From contig JAVJQW010000012.1 in the NCBI GenBank assembly GCA_040218735.1, positions 384,001 through 448,000 on the forward strand: a DNA stretch of 64,000 bases, given 5' to 3'. The notes beneath the pieces were generated by a model. The model did not search any database and was not told where the DNA came from. It saw nothing but the letters and a program-made list of their open reading frames with translations. This DNA is from Deltaproteobacteria bacterium (GTDB lineage: Bacteria > Myxococcota > Kuafuiibacteriia > Kuafuiibacteriales > Kuafuiibacteriaceae). Of the stretch, positions 20,157 to 29,713 are shown one piece after another. The position numbers and the translations under genes are program-made. Numbering within the stretch: position 1 is the first letter of the stretch; the number at the start of each line of letters is the position of its first letter.

Positions 20157-20758
20157 TTGAAGCTGATGGTCGGCCGCGACGGCGGCTCGAAGTCGAAGTC
20201 ACTCACCATGGTCCCCGCGGGCACCATGAGGTCGTCGGAGCGCGCGATGGTCGCGGTGAGCGAGCCGGCGATGTGTTCGTCGGACCCGGTGTCCTCGGCG
20301 TCCAGCGCGAGGTCGAAGTCGGTGATGCGCAGCGTCCCGGACGTCGCGTGGAGCGTCGGGAAGTTCGCGCAGGTCTGGAACAGGCTGAGCGTCGCGTTTG
20401 CGCGCCCTTCGCCGAACGCGAGCGGCAGCGTGAGCCCGGCGGGGTCGGCGAGCAGGACCCGCTCGCGCTCCTCGTCGACGACCAGGTCACCCGACTCGAT
20501 GAGGTCGTCCATCCCGATGCGGACCGCGACGCTGTCCGTCTCCTCGATCCGCACGCGATACTCCTGGACCTGCACGATGACGACGCCCGAGTACCGCTCG
20601 GTCGCCAGCCACGCCGCGTCGTAACCGTAGTCCTCGATCTGTTTGTCGGTGCCGGGCGGGCAGTCCTCCACGAAGAACTCCGCGGACACCGAGCCGCCGC
20701 CGTTCAGCCCCGAGCACCCCGCGAGGAGCACCACCGACCCGATCACGCCGACCCGCAT
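20153..20758 (-). CDS. Hypothetical lipoprotein
   Basis: MRVGVIGSVVLLAGC lipobox; its stop overlaps the prmA start (ATGA). Confidence 0.7.
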   Translation of the reverse strand: MRVGVIGSVVLLAGCSGLNGGGSVSAEFFVEDCPPGTDKQIEDYGYDAAWLATERYSGVVIVQVQEYRVRIEETDSVAVRIGMDDLIESGDLVVDEERERVLLADPAGLTLPLAFGEGRANATLSLFQTCANFPTLHATSGTLRITDFDLALDAEDTGSDEHIAGSLTATIARSDDLMVPAGTMVSDFDFEPPSRPTISFK

Positions 20759-20774
20759 CGCGGCCGAGCCTACC

Positions 20775-21167
20775 ATGATCGATACTCGGTCCATGACCGA
20801 ACCCAACGTCGAGGAATTCCACAAGTTCGCCGCCCGCGCCGAAGAGGGCCCGGTCGTCATGCTCAACCTGCTCGCGTTCGTCCCCGACGGCGGTCGCGAA
20901 CGCTACGGCGAGTACATGCGTCGGGTCCGCCCCATGCTCGCCGAGGTCGGTGGGACGGCGAGGTTCCTCGGCAACGGCACCGAGCTCCTCCTCGGGACCG
21001 AACACGACCGCTGGGACGAAGTCCTCCTCGTCGAGTACCCAACCCGCGGCGCGCTGATCGCGATGTCACGCTCCGAGGCCTACCAGGAGATCCTGCCGAT
21101 CCGAAACGGCGCCCTCACCCGCTCCGTCCTGCTCGCGTGTGATCCCGTCGCGCTCCAGGACGAATAG
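20775..21167 (+). CDS. DUF1330-like dimeric alpha/beta barrel protein
   Basis: GPVVMLNLL, WDEVLLVEYP and YQEILPIRNGAL motifs. Start 20775 or 20793. Confidence 0.8.
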   Translation: MIDTRSMTEPNVEEFHKFAARAEEGPVVMLNLLAFVPDGGRERYGEYMRRVRPMLAEVGGTARFLGNGTELLLGTEHDRWDEVLLVEYPTRGALIAMSRSEAYQEILPIRNGALTRSVLLACDPVALQDE

Positions 21168-21169
21168 GC

Positions 21170-23068
21170 TCACCGCGCGCCCGCGCGGTCCAACCAATCA
21201 TCGATACGCGCGTTCACGACGCCGTGCGCCTCGAAGCTCGCCTTCGCACGCCGAGCGAGCGCTACCGCGCGCGAAGGATCCCGGTCGAGGTCCCCGAGCG
21301 CCATGGCCAGATAGAACTGCGCCCGCGCGAGATCGAGGTTCGTCGAGCCCGGACGGTCGCCGACCTGCACCGCGCGCTCCAGCGCGGCGGCCGCTCGTTG
21401 CGGCTGACGCAACGCGATCCACAACGTCCCCTCCCCCACCAAGAGCGGCAGGAGACGCCGCTCCATCGACCCGCGCTCTACGCTGGCCTGCGCCGACTGG
21501 AGCCGCTCGATCGCAGGACGGAGCTTCCTCTCACGACGGAGCACGATCGACTCCGCCCACAGCAGCTCCGTCCGCGATCGACCCGCGACGGGCGCACCGG
21601 CGCGAACACGTTCGAGGGTCGCCGACGCGCGCGAGCGCTCGTCGCGATCGTGGAGCTGCAGGAACGCGACGAGCACGAGCGCAGCCTGGCGCTCGCCTGG
21701 CGACGCCTCGGTGAAACGCTCCGCGAGATCCAGAGCGGCCTTCGCCCAGCGCAAGGCGTCTTGCTTCTCGTTCGCTTCGAAACACGCACGCGCGAGGTCG
21801 AGCGTCGGAGCGATCAGCGCCGACGATCGCGCTCCGTGCCTCCGCTCGACCTCACTTCGACGCACCTCGTAGATCGAGATCGCGCGCGCGTAGTCACCCG
21901 CGGCGAGCGCCTCGGCCCCCGCGTCGTGTCGCGCCTCGGGCGGTTCCTCGGGTCTTCGCGGCGCGCCCGCGTCGCGAACCGAAGGCCGGTCGACACCGGC
22001 GTCCTCGACCGACGCATCGCGCGCCCTGGGCCTCGGCGCGACGACCGGCGGCGAATCCGCCGAGGCGACCGCGGGCGAATCGACGCGCGTCGTCGTCGCG
22101 AACGCGAGCGCGGCGACCGAAGTCGCGGCGACGACCCCGGCGACCCACGGGGCACGTGACCTCTCGCGCAGCGCGTCGAGCAGAGCGTCCAGATCCGCGA
22201 AGCGATCGTCGGGCTCGACGGACATCGCACGCCGCAGCGCACGACGTACCGCACGCGGCCCACGCGCCGGGCCCGCCCGTCGCTTGCCGAGCGCGATCGC
22301 ACGCATCCGAGCGGCCGGCGTCGTTCCCTTGAACGGGTGCTCACCGTCCAGCGCTTCGGACAACGCGACGGCGAACGCGAACTGATCACTCTTCGCGGTC
22401 GCCGCTTTGCCTCGAACGACCTCCGGAGCGAGGTAACTCGGCGTTCCGAGCAGGTGGCCCGTCGCCGTGAGGGTGAGGTCGTCGGACCGTGCGCGGTCGA
22501 ACGAAGCCACGTCCGAGTCGTCGCTCGAACGCGCGAGGCCAAAGTCCCCGACGAGCACGTTTCCGTCTTCGTCGCGAAAGACGTTCTCGGGCTTGAAGTC
22601 TCGGTGGACGAGCCCGACCGCGTGTGCTGCGGCGAGCCCGCGACCGGCCGCGACGTACGCCGACAACACCGCGGAGGTCGGCGGTCGTTCGCGCTCCACC
22701 CAGTCGCGGAGCGTCGGCCCCTCGGCGTACCGCATCGCGATGTACGTCCGCCCGTCGAACGTGCCGACGTCGTAGATCGGCACGACGTTGACGTGGGTGA
22801 GGCTCGCCATCGCGCGCGCCTCCCGGAGCATTCGATCCTCGGCGCCCGCATCGCCCGCCCGCGCAAGGACCTTGACCGCGACGGAACGTGCGAGCGCCTC
22901 GTCGAACGCCAGGTAGACGATTCCGAAGGCGCCTTCCCCGAGCCGCGACCGGATCACGTAGCGACCGATCTGCATCGGCTCGACCGCACCTCCGAACAGG
23001 CGCGACCTCGCCAGCGTCTTCACGCGGTGCCGTTCGCGCCGCTCGAACGTGTCCTCGTCCCGAGTCAC
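21170..23068 (-). CDS. Ser/Thr protein kinase with TM helix and C-terminal TPR-like region
   Basis: LGEGAFGIV, VAVK, HRDFKPEN, DFGLA and GTPSYLAPE motifs. The GTG start overlaps the sigma factor stop (GTGA). Confidence 0.9.
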   Translation of the reverse strand: MTRDEDTFERRERHRVKTLARSRLFGGAVEPMQIGRYVIRSRLGEGAFGIVYLAFDEALARSVAVKVLARAGDAGAEDRMLREARAMASLTHVNVVPIYDVGTFDGRTYIAMRYAEGPTLRDWVERERPPTSAVLSAYVAAGRGLAAAHAVGLVHRDFKPENVFRDEDGNVLVGDFGLARSSDDSDVASFDRARSDDLTLTATGHLLGTPSYLAPEVVRGKAATAKSDQFAFAVALSEALDGEHPFKGTTPAARMRAIALGKRRAGPARGPRAVRRALRRAMSVEPDDRFADLDALLDALRERSRAPWVAGVVAATSVAALAFATTTRVDSPAVASADSPPVVAPRPRARDASVEDAGVDRPSVRDAGAPRRPEEPPEARHDAGAEALAAGDYARAISIYEVRRSEVERRHGARSSALIAPTLDLARACFEANEKQDALRWAKAALDLAERFTEASPGERQAALVLVAFLQLHDRDERSRASATLERVRAGAPVAGRSRTELLWAESIVLRRERKLRPAIERLQSAQASVERGSMERRLLPLLVGEGTLWIALRQPQRAAAALERAVQVGDRPGSTNLDLARAQFYLAMALGDLDRDPSRAVALARRAKASFEAHGVVNARIDDWLDRAGAR

Positions 23069-23658
23069 TGCGCAGCGGACGACACGGGCCTCGCCCGCTG
23101 TAGGAGGTGGCCGAGGTCCAGGAGCTCGTCGTCGTTCTGCGGCGTGAGGTGAGCACGCAGCGCCTCCAGGCCGCGGCGGAGGCGACTCCGCACCGTCCCC
23201 TCCGGGATCTGCAGGATCTCGGCGAGCTGCGGTCCCGTCTGATCCTCCCAGTAGTGGAGCTCGAGCACGATCTGGAGATCCAGCGGGATGGACGCCAACG
23301 CCTGGTGCAACCTCGCATGCGCTTCGGTGCGGCGTACGTGACTGCTCGGCGACGGGTTGAGATCGGCGAGCGACGAGACGCCGAAGTCGAGCCGACCGTC
23401 GCGGCGCCGTGTGCGCCAGTACTGGTACAACTCGTGCCGCGCGATCGCGAAGAGGAAAGTCCGGACGCTCGCGTCGCCACGAAACCGATCCCGCCCCTCG
23501 ACCAACGCGAGGAAACAACGTTGCACGTGGTCCGCAGCCTCACCGCCGACCTTGCCGGAGAAGAAGCGGTAGACCGCATCGAAGTGCCGTTCGAACAGCT
23601 GATTGCCCGCCGAACGATCGCCCCCCCGCCAGGCCTCCAACAGCTCCCGATCCTCCAC
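23065..23658 (-). CDS. ECF RNA polymerase sigma factor
   Basis: DRELLEAWRGGD, TFLFAIARH (region 2) and LAEILQIPEGTVRSRLRRG (region 4). Start inferred at GTG 23658. Confidence 0.9.
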   Translation of the reverse strand: MEDRELLEAWRGGDRSAGNQLFERHFDAVYRFFSGKVGGEAADHVQRCFLALVEGRDRFRGDASVRTFLFAIARHELYQYWRTRRRDGRLDFGVSSLADLNPSPSSHVRRTEAHARLHQALASIPLDLQIVLELHYWEDQTGPQLAEILQIPEGTVRSRLRRGLEALRAHLTPQNDDELLDLGHLLQRARPVSSAAQ

Positions 23659-23749
23659 GCGTAGCGGACGATACCGGGGCCCGCCCAGCTCCGACGAAAA
23701 AAAACGCCCCGCCCGTGATCGATCCGAGGCCGAGCTCCACCACCCGAAC

Positions 23750-26700
23750 ATGAGACGAATCGAGCCCCTTCGACCCTGGCTACGCCTGGCCCTCGCCTCC
23801 GCGCTCTGCGCGTGCAGCGAAGGCAGCGATCCGGCGAGCACCTCCGACCCGATCTTCGGAGGCGGCGACGCCACCGGAAGCTGCCAACCCGTGTTCCCCG
23901 ATCCCTCGACGGCGCCACACCTCGAATCACCGTGGAATCCGCTCGCGGACGGCCTTCAGAACGGCCTCGAGACCGCGGTCGATCTCGGCGGGACGTGGGC
24001 CACACCGGCCCCGCAGATCCCGACGCCCGTGGCGACCCAGCTCAGCATCGACCCCAACTGCCGCCTCGACCCGAGCGGAACCTCGACGGGTGCGTGCACC
24101 CCGAACGGCGCGATCCCGGGTCGCCGCATCGCAGTGACCCTCAACGGAATCGACTACCGCTGCTTCTTCCCGGACGCACCGCAGATCCCGGAGAAGGTCG
24201 TCGTGCTCAACACCCGCGCCACGATCGGCAACGGCTCGATGCACGAGAACAACGACAAATACTCGTTCCCGGTGAGCGACACCTTTCATGGCTCGTGCGG
24301 CTACTTCCCGCCCCACGCCGGCCACCCCGTCCACCTCTCCGTGCGCGGCATCGTCGCGTTGGGCATCTACCTGAAGACGAACTATCCCGACGACGTCGAC
24401 AAGTTCGTCCTCGCCGGCCAGTCCTACGGCAGCTTCCTCGCACCGTCGGCCGCGCTCCTCGGCCAGGGGCACCCGATGTTCCCCGTCGCCGGCGTCGTCG
24501 GCACCGGCGGCTACGGCGTGCAAGAGAACCCCGTGTTCTTCGACGGCATGGAGTTCGTGCTCGGCGTCAACCAAGCGAACCTCGGGGTCTACGGGCCCTT
24601 CGGCGAAGACGCTGAAGTCATCCGGACGTTCCAGGAGAGCCTCGGCATCGACAGCCTCGCGAACATCGACATCGCGAACTACGTCAGCAACGTGGTGGCA
24701 CCGTGCTGGTTCGGGTTCGGCCAACAGGATCCCACCACGTGGACCGACTACCAGACCCAACGCCTCGCCCAACTCTTCCCGTCGGGCACGCTGGTCCACG
24801 TCTTTCACACCGAGCTGGGCAGCCACAAAGGTGACGGGATCATCCGGAAGGTCTTCGGCGTGCACGATCCGTACGCCGGTCAGGACACGACCCTCGACCT
24901 CCTCGAATTCCTCGACCACTTCATCAACTTCGAGGTCCTCGGTCAGCCCCTCCCCGTGGCCCCGCCCGTCGACCTCACGGCGACGCAGCACCCACCCTCC
25001 CCGGTCGACTTCGTCGCCAACCTCAGCCCGGACCTCTCCGCGGGACCGACCGGCCTGCAACCTGACTTGCTCACGCTCGAACGACGCATCGGCCTCGGAG
25101 CGTACATCGGCGCGCACGACAGCCTCCTCACCCACGTCGACGCGCAGGGACGGACGCGGGTCACCTTCGGCGGGCTCTCCGGCGTCGTGCAGCAGGTGAT
25201 CGTAGAGGCCGGCGGCGTTCAGCCCGTGTGGCGCCGGCCCGTGGGTTACGGCGTGAGCGGCCTGGTGGACGTCGGCAACGAACGCATCGTCGCCATCACC
25301 AAGGACGGCCGCGCCGCGCTCTTGCGCCGTGGCACCGGCGCCGTCGTCCGCAGCACCGCCGCGCAGCACCTCGGACACGAGCCGCGCGGCGCGCAGCTCG
25401 GCGTCGCATATACTCAAGAGAGCGGTCAGCCCGTCCCGCACGAGCTCGTGTTCGTGCTCGAAGAGGGCGGCGACCTGATCGGCTTCGATCCCGCCGATCT
25501 CTCGGTGCGGTTCCGCTCCGACAGGCTTGGCTTCTTCGAGGACTTCGACTTCACGCCGGGTGCACCGCTCGCCTCGGCGTGGTTCGGCATGCAACGCGGA
25601 CACCTCGTGCGTGCGGTCCTTCAGCTCCCCGACTGCATCCACGTGGCTGCGATGACCGAGTACACCGGGCGCGTCCCCACCAAGGTGCTCGCGATCGGCG
25701 AAAACGTCCTCGCGATCGACGATCATGACCAGCGGCTGTACCTGTCGACGGGCGTCGAGGTCCCGCTGACCCAAGCGCCCAACACCCTCGGGACCGCGCT
25801 GATCGGCACGGACGCTCCGAGTGTCTCCCTGGAGCACCTCGCGCTCGTCCCCGGGACGACGTTCGCGCTGTGGTCGCAGGTCGGCGGGCGCGTCGGCCTC
25901 ACGGACCTCGCGGCGGCCAGTCCGGGGCAACCGATCCCGCCGCTCGCGACGGGGAACGTGCACGGCAAGATCATGGCGCTCGACGCCCTCTCGAACCGTG
26001 CCTTCGCGACGACCGCCAACGGCGCGCTCCTCGATCTCCTCGTCGGCGGCTCCGGGATCGTCCCGGCGCCCCTTCACCCACCGCTGTCCACGACGGCGGT
26101 CGCACAGTCGTCCACGACGGGACACCTCCTCACGCTGACCCGAACGCCGCACGACGGCGAGACGGCGCTCCTCGACGTGGACCTCGGCCCCAACGGCGGC
26201 GCGCAGATCCTGAGCACCGGTTACACCGGGGCGGTCCCGCTGCGCACGCGGCTCGTGTGGTCGAACGGCATGCTGCACACGACCTTCGAGGGGGCGCTCG
26301 CGACGATCGGTGGGCAGCCGCGGGTGTTCGCGCCGAGGAGCTTCGACTTCGGCGCCGTGGTGCCGACCGAAGGACACCTCACGTCCTGGGGCGTGTTCCC
26401 TCCGCAGCTCGGCACCGGCAACGTCCCGATCGTGGCGGCGGACCTGCTCGGGCCGGAGATCCAGTATGAGAAGTACACCAACAACATGGCCGGGATCTTC
26501 AACGAGAACGGCAGCGGCCTGATGCGGCTCGACGCCGACGGCCACTACACGGGCTTCTTCGCCACGGCTGGCGGCCACGTGTTTCGCCAGCGCTTCGACG
26601 GCGCGACCGCGCAGGCCCTCGCCCCCGCGGTTCGGTCGGAGTCATTCGGCTGGAAGGGCGCCGACCTGAAAGCCGGCGTGCACCGGATGGCCGACGGTAC

Positions 26701-27043
26701 GCTCGTCGACGCGCTGTTCGTCGGGCTGTGGCTCCTCTCGGGACGTGACGAAGGCGGCGTCGTGGTCGTCGATCCGCAGACGCTCCAGCTCCTCGCCGAG
26801 ATCCCCTCCGGCGACGTGAGCTACGGAGTCCTCCAGGCGGACGTGTCGAGCCACCCCGGCTTGGAGCTCGTGGTCGGCTCGGCGAAGCACCTCACCGTCT
26901 ACGACGCGCAGTACCAGGTGCTCTTCCGAACGCCGGAAGAGTCCACGGCGTACAGTGCGTTCGGACGCCTGTGGTTCGACGGTACCCACCTCGACGTGGG
27001 CACCCTCGACGGCTACGAGCGCTACGTGGTCTCGACCGACTGA
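23750..27043 (+). CDS. Large lipoprotein: alpha/beta-hydrolase-like domain plus probable beta-propeller region
   Basis: Lipobox LCAC; nucleophile elbow AGQSYGS with downstream GQQDP and GSH; beta-rich C-terminal half. Confidence 0.65.
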   Translation: MRRIEPLRPWLRLALASALCACSEGSDPASTSDPIFGGGDATGSCQPVFPDPSTAPHLESPWNPLADGLQNGLETAVDLGGTWATPAPQIPTPVATQLSIDPNCRLDPSGTSTGACTPNGAIPGRRIAVTLNGIDYRCFFPDAPQIPEKVVVLNTRATIGNGSMHENNDKYSFPVSDTFHGSCGYFPPHAGHPVHLSVRGIVALGIYLKTNYPDDVDKFVLAGQSYGSFLAPSAALLGQGHPMFPVAGVVGTGGYGVQENPVFFDGMEFVLGVNQANLGVYGPFGEDAEVIRTFQESLGIDSLANIDIANYVSNVVAPCWFGFGQQDPTTWTDYQTQRLAQLFPSGTLVHVFHTELGSHKGDGIIRKVFGVHDPYAGQDTTLDLLEFLDHFINFEVLGQPLPVAPPVDLTATQHPPSPVDFVANLSPDLSAGPTGLQPDLLTLERRIGLGAYIGAHDSLLTHVDAQGRTRVTFGGLSGVVQQVIVEAGGVQPVWRRPVGYGVSGLVDVGNERIVAITKDGRAALLRRGTGAVVRSTAAQHLGHEPRGAQLGVAYTQESGQPVPHELVFVLEEGGDLIGFDPADLSVRFRSDRLGFFEDFDFTPGAPLASAWFGMQRGHLVRAVLQLPDCIHVAAMTEYTGRVPTKVLAIGENVLAIDDHDQRLYLSTGVEVPLTQAPNTLGTALIGTDAPSVSLEHLALVPGTTFALWSQVGGRVGLTDLAAASPGQPIPPLATGNVHGKIMALDALSNRAFATTANGALLDLLVGGSGIVPAPLHPPLSTTAVAQSSTTGHLLTLTRTPHDGETALLDVDLGPNGGAQILSTGYTGAVPLRTRLVWSNGMLHTTFEGALATIGGQPRVFAPRSFDFGAVVPTEGHLTSWGVFPPQLGTGNVPIVAADLLGPEIQYEKYTNNMAGIFNENGSGLMRLDADGHYTGFFATAGGHVFRQRFDGATAQALAPAVRSESFGWKGADLKAGVHRMADGTLVDALFVGLWLLSGRDEGGVVVVDPQTLQLLAEIPSGDVSYGVLQADVSSHPGLELVVGSAKHLTVYDAQYQVLFRTPEESTAYSAFGRLWFDGTHLDVGTLDGYERYVVSTD

Positions 27044-27047
27044 AGGA

Positions 27048-29627
27048 TCAGCTCTCGAGGTCGCGTGACGCGACGATCACCCGCACCGAACGATCCATTC
27101 GGAGCAGCTCTTGCGCTGTGTCGCGGATGGTCTTCGCCGTCACCGCCTCGATGTTCGCCGCGTGTCGGCTGTGGTGGTCGTAGCCGAGGCCGTACGCCTC
27201 GTTCAACGCCATCGAACCGGAACGCGCGCTCGCGCGCTGCAGCGCGATCTCGTGCGAGCCGATCAGGTAGCGCTTCGCGCGCGACAGCTCGTCCTCGCTG
27301 ATGTCCTCCCCGAGGATCTTGTTCAGCTCACCGAGGATGCCCGCCTGCGCCGTCTCGAGCTTGTCCGGGCTCGTTCCGATGTAGAACGCGAAGTACCCCG
27401 GATCGAGCCCCTCCAAACTGAACGCCCCGACCGAGTACGCGAGCGACTGTTTGTCGCGGAGCTGCAAGAAGAGGCGCCCCGCCTGACCGCCGAGCACACT
27501 CGACAGCACGTCGAGCGCGTACCGACGCTCGTCGGACATCGACACACCGAGGAAGCCGAGCACGAGCTGCGCCTGCTCCTTCTCCTTGAGCTCGAAGAGC
27601 CGTCGCGGACCGTCGATGAACGTCGGCTGCGGCGGCGCGACGAACGCCTTCGCGTCCGCGTGCGGCTGCGCCACGCCGATGCGGCGCTCCAACAGGCTGA
27701 CGGTGCGGTTGACGTCGACGGCGCCGACGATCGTCAGCGTCAGCCCGTCCGGACGAAGCTGCTGCCGGTACGCATCGACCACCTGGTCGCGCGTCAACGC
27801 CGCGACGGTCTCCTCGGTCCCCAGCGCCGGGAAGCGGTAGGGGTGCCCGTCGTAGAGCGACGCCGCGAACTTCTCGAACGCGATCGCGCTCATGCTGTCG
27901 CGCCTCGCGGCGATGTCCTCGAGCTGCGTGCGGCGCTCCTTCTCGAGCTCTGCGGCGTCGAACAACGGCTCCAGCAGGCAAGAGCTGAACAGCTCGAAGC
28001 CACGCTCCCAACTGTCCGCGAGGAAGTCACCGCGCAGCCCGAGTGAGTTGCGCCCGGAGACCCCGGTCACGCCCCCCGCCATCGCGTCGCACTCTTCGAT
28101 GATCTGCTCGGCGCTGTAGCGCTCCGTGCCACGCACGACGAGCTCACCGACGAGGTGGCTCACGCCGTTCGTCGCCGCGGTCTCCGCGAGGAGGCCGCCC
28201 TTCGCCGCCACGCGCACGCTCACGAGCGGCACGGTCTGGTCCTCGAGGATCACCGCGGTCGCGCCGTTCGCGAGCGTGACCTTCGCGGCGCCGAGCGCAC
28301 CCGGCTCGATCGCGTGCGGGCGGTACGCCGCCTCCAGTCGCGTGACGACCTCCTCCGCGATGCGCCGCACCGTGGCCTCGGACATCTGCCCCGCGTTGGC
28401 GTTCGGCATCAGCGCCGCCACGGAGAACGTCTTGCCGTCCAGGTACTTCTTCGCGACGCGCTTCACATCCTCCGCGGTCACCGCGCGGATCGCGTCGTAA
28501 TACTTGGCCTCGAAGTCGGTGCTCCCCGCGACCAGCTCGAAGTACCCGAGCTTGCGCGCCATCCCCTGCACGGTCTCCTTCTGGTAGATCGACTCTGAGA
28601 GGATGATCGTCTTCGCCTTCTCCAGCTCCGCGGGATCCGGCGCGGCGTAACCCATCCGCAGCGTCTCTTCGAGCAGCGAGCCGAACGCGTCTTCCACGCG
28701 CTCGCCCTGGATCTGCGCGCCGACCACGAACAGCCCCGGATCCTGCGGCGTGTACGAGTACGCGTAGCAGTCGTTCACGAGCTCCAGCTCGCGCTTCACC
28801 TGCCGGTACAGACGCGAGCTCTCACCGGTGCCGAGGATGATCGACAGGACGTCGATCGCAGCGGTGTCCTCGTCCGCGAGCTTCGGCCCGTGCCAGGCCA
28901 CGGAGAGGTGCGTCTCATTGATGTCCTGGGTCGCCGTCGCGATGCGCAAGTCTTCTTGCGCCGGCTCCACCGCGCGGTTGCGCTCGTGACGCTCACCCTT
29001 GTTGAGCTCGCTCTCGAAGAGCTCGTTGGCCTTCGCCACGACGTCGTCCGCGTTCACATCGCCGACGACGACCAACACCATGTTCTGCGGCTGGTAGTGT
29101 CGGCGGTAGAACGCGAGGATCTGCTCGCGGGAGAACTTACTGACGGTGTCGACGTACCCGATCACCGGGCGTCGGTAAGTATGGGCCTTGAACGAAGCGT
29201 CGAAGAGCATCTCGCTCGCGACACGCGACGGCGTGTCCTTCCCGCGGCGCAGCTCCTCGAGCACGACCTCGAGCTCCTTGGACAGCTCCTCCTCGTCGAA
29301 CGCCGAGTGCTGGACGGCGTCGGAGAGGATGTCGAGCGCGACGTCGAGCTCTCGGCTCGGCATCGTCACGTGATAGACGGTCTGGTCGAAGCTGGTCCAA
29401 GCGTTGATGTCGCCGCCCGCCGCTTCGACGTCCATCGCGATCTCACCGACCGCGCGCCGAGCCGTCCCCTTGAAGAGCATGTGTTCGTGGACGTGTGCGA
29501 GGCCGGCGTCCTCGGGGGTCTCATCGGCGGAGCCGACCCGAACCCAAACCTGCGCCGCGACCACCTTGGCCGCATGGTTCTCCTCCACGATGACGCGGAG
29601 CCCGTTGTCGAGCGTCTTTTGGAGCAT
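27048..29627 (-). CDS. M16 (pitrilysin/insulinase) zinc peptidase
   Basis: GLAHVHEHMLFKGT (HxxEH) and INAWTSFDQTVY; second inactive M16 half. Confidence 0.93.
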   Translation of the reverse strand: MLQKTLDNGLRVIVEENHAAKVVAAQVWVRVGSADETPEDAGLAHVHEHMLFKGTARRAVGEIAMDVEAAGGDINAWTSFDQTVYHVTMPSRELDVALDILSDAVQHSAFDEEELSKELEVVLEELRRGKDTPSRVASEMLFDASFKAHTYRRPVIGYVDTVSKFSREQILAFYRRHYQPQNMVLVVVGDVNADDVVAKANELFESELNKGERHERNRAVEPAQEDLRIATATQDINETHLSVAWHGPKLADEDTAAIDVLSIILGTGESSRLYRQVKRELELVNDCYAYSYTPQDPGLFVVGAQIQGERVEDAFGSLLEETLRMGYAAPDPAELEKAKTIILSESIYQKETVQGMARKLGYFELVAGSTDFEAKYYDAIRAVTAEDVKRVAKKYLDGKTFSVAALMPNANAGQMSEATVRRIAEEVVTRLEAAYRPHAIEPGALGAAKVTLANGATAVILEDQTVPLVSVRVAAKGGLLAETAATNGVSHLVGELVVRGTERYSAEQIIEECDAMAGGVTGVSGRNSLGLRGDFLADSWERGFELFSSCLLEPLFDAAELEKERRTQLEDIAARRDSMSAIAFEKFAASLYDGHPYRFPALGTEETVAALTRDQVVDAYRQQLRPDGLTLTIVGAVDVNRTVSLLERRIGVAQPHADAKAFVAPPQPTFIDGPRRLFELKEKEQAQLVLGFLGVSMSDERRYALDVLSSVLGGQAGRLFLQLRDKQSLAYSVGAFSLEGLDPGYFAFYIGTSPDKLETAQAGILGELNKILGEDISEDELSRAKRYLIGSHEIALQRASARSGSMALNEAYGLGYDHHSRHAANIEAVTAKTIRDTAQELLRMDRSVRVIVASRDLES

Positions 29628-29713
29628 GAACCCCCAGAACGCCCGCGTTTTGTGGCCGCCGTCAAGCCAATCGAGGTGTCACGGACGCCGATCCGTCGCC
29701 ACCTACGTAACGA

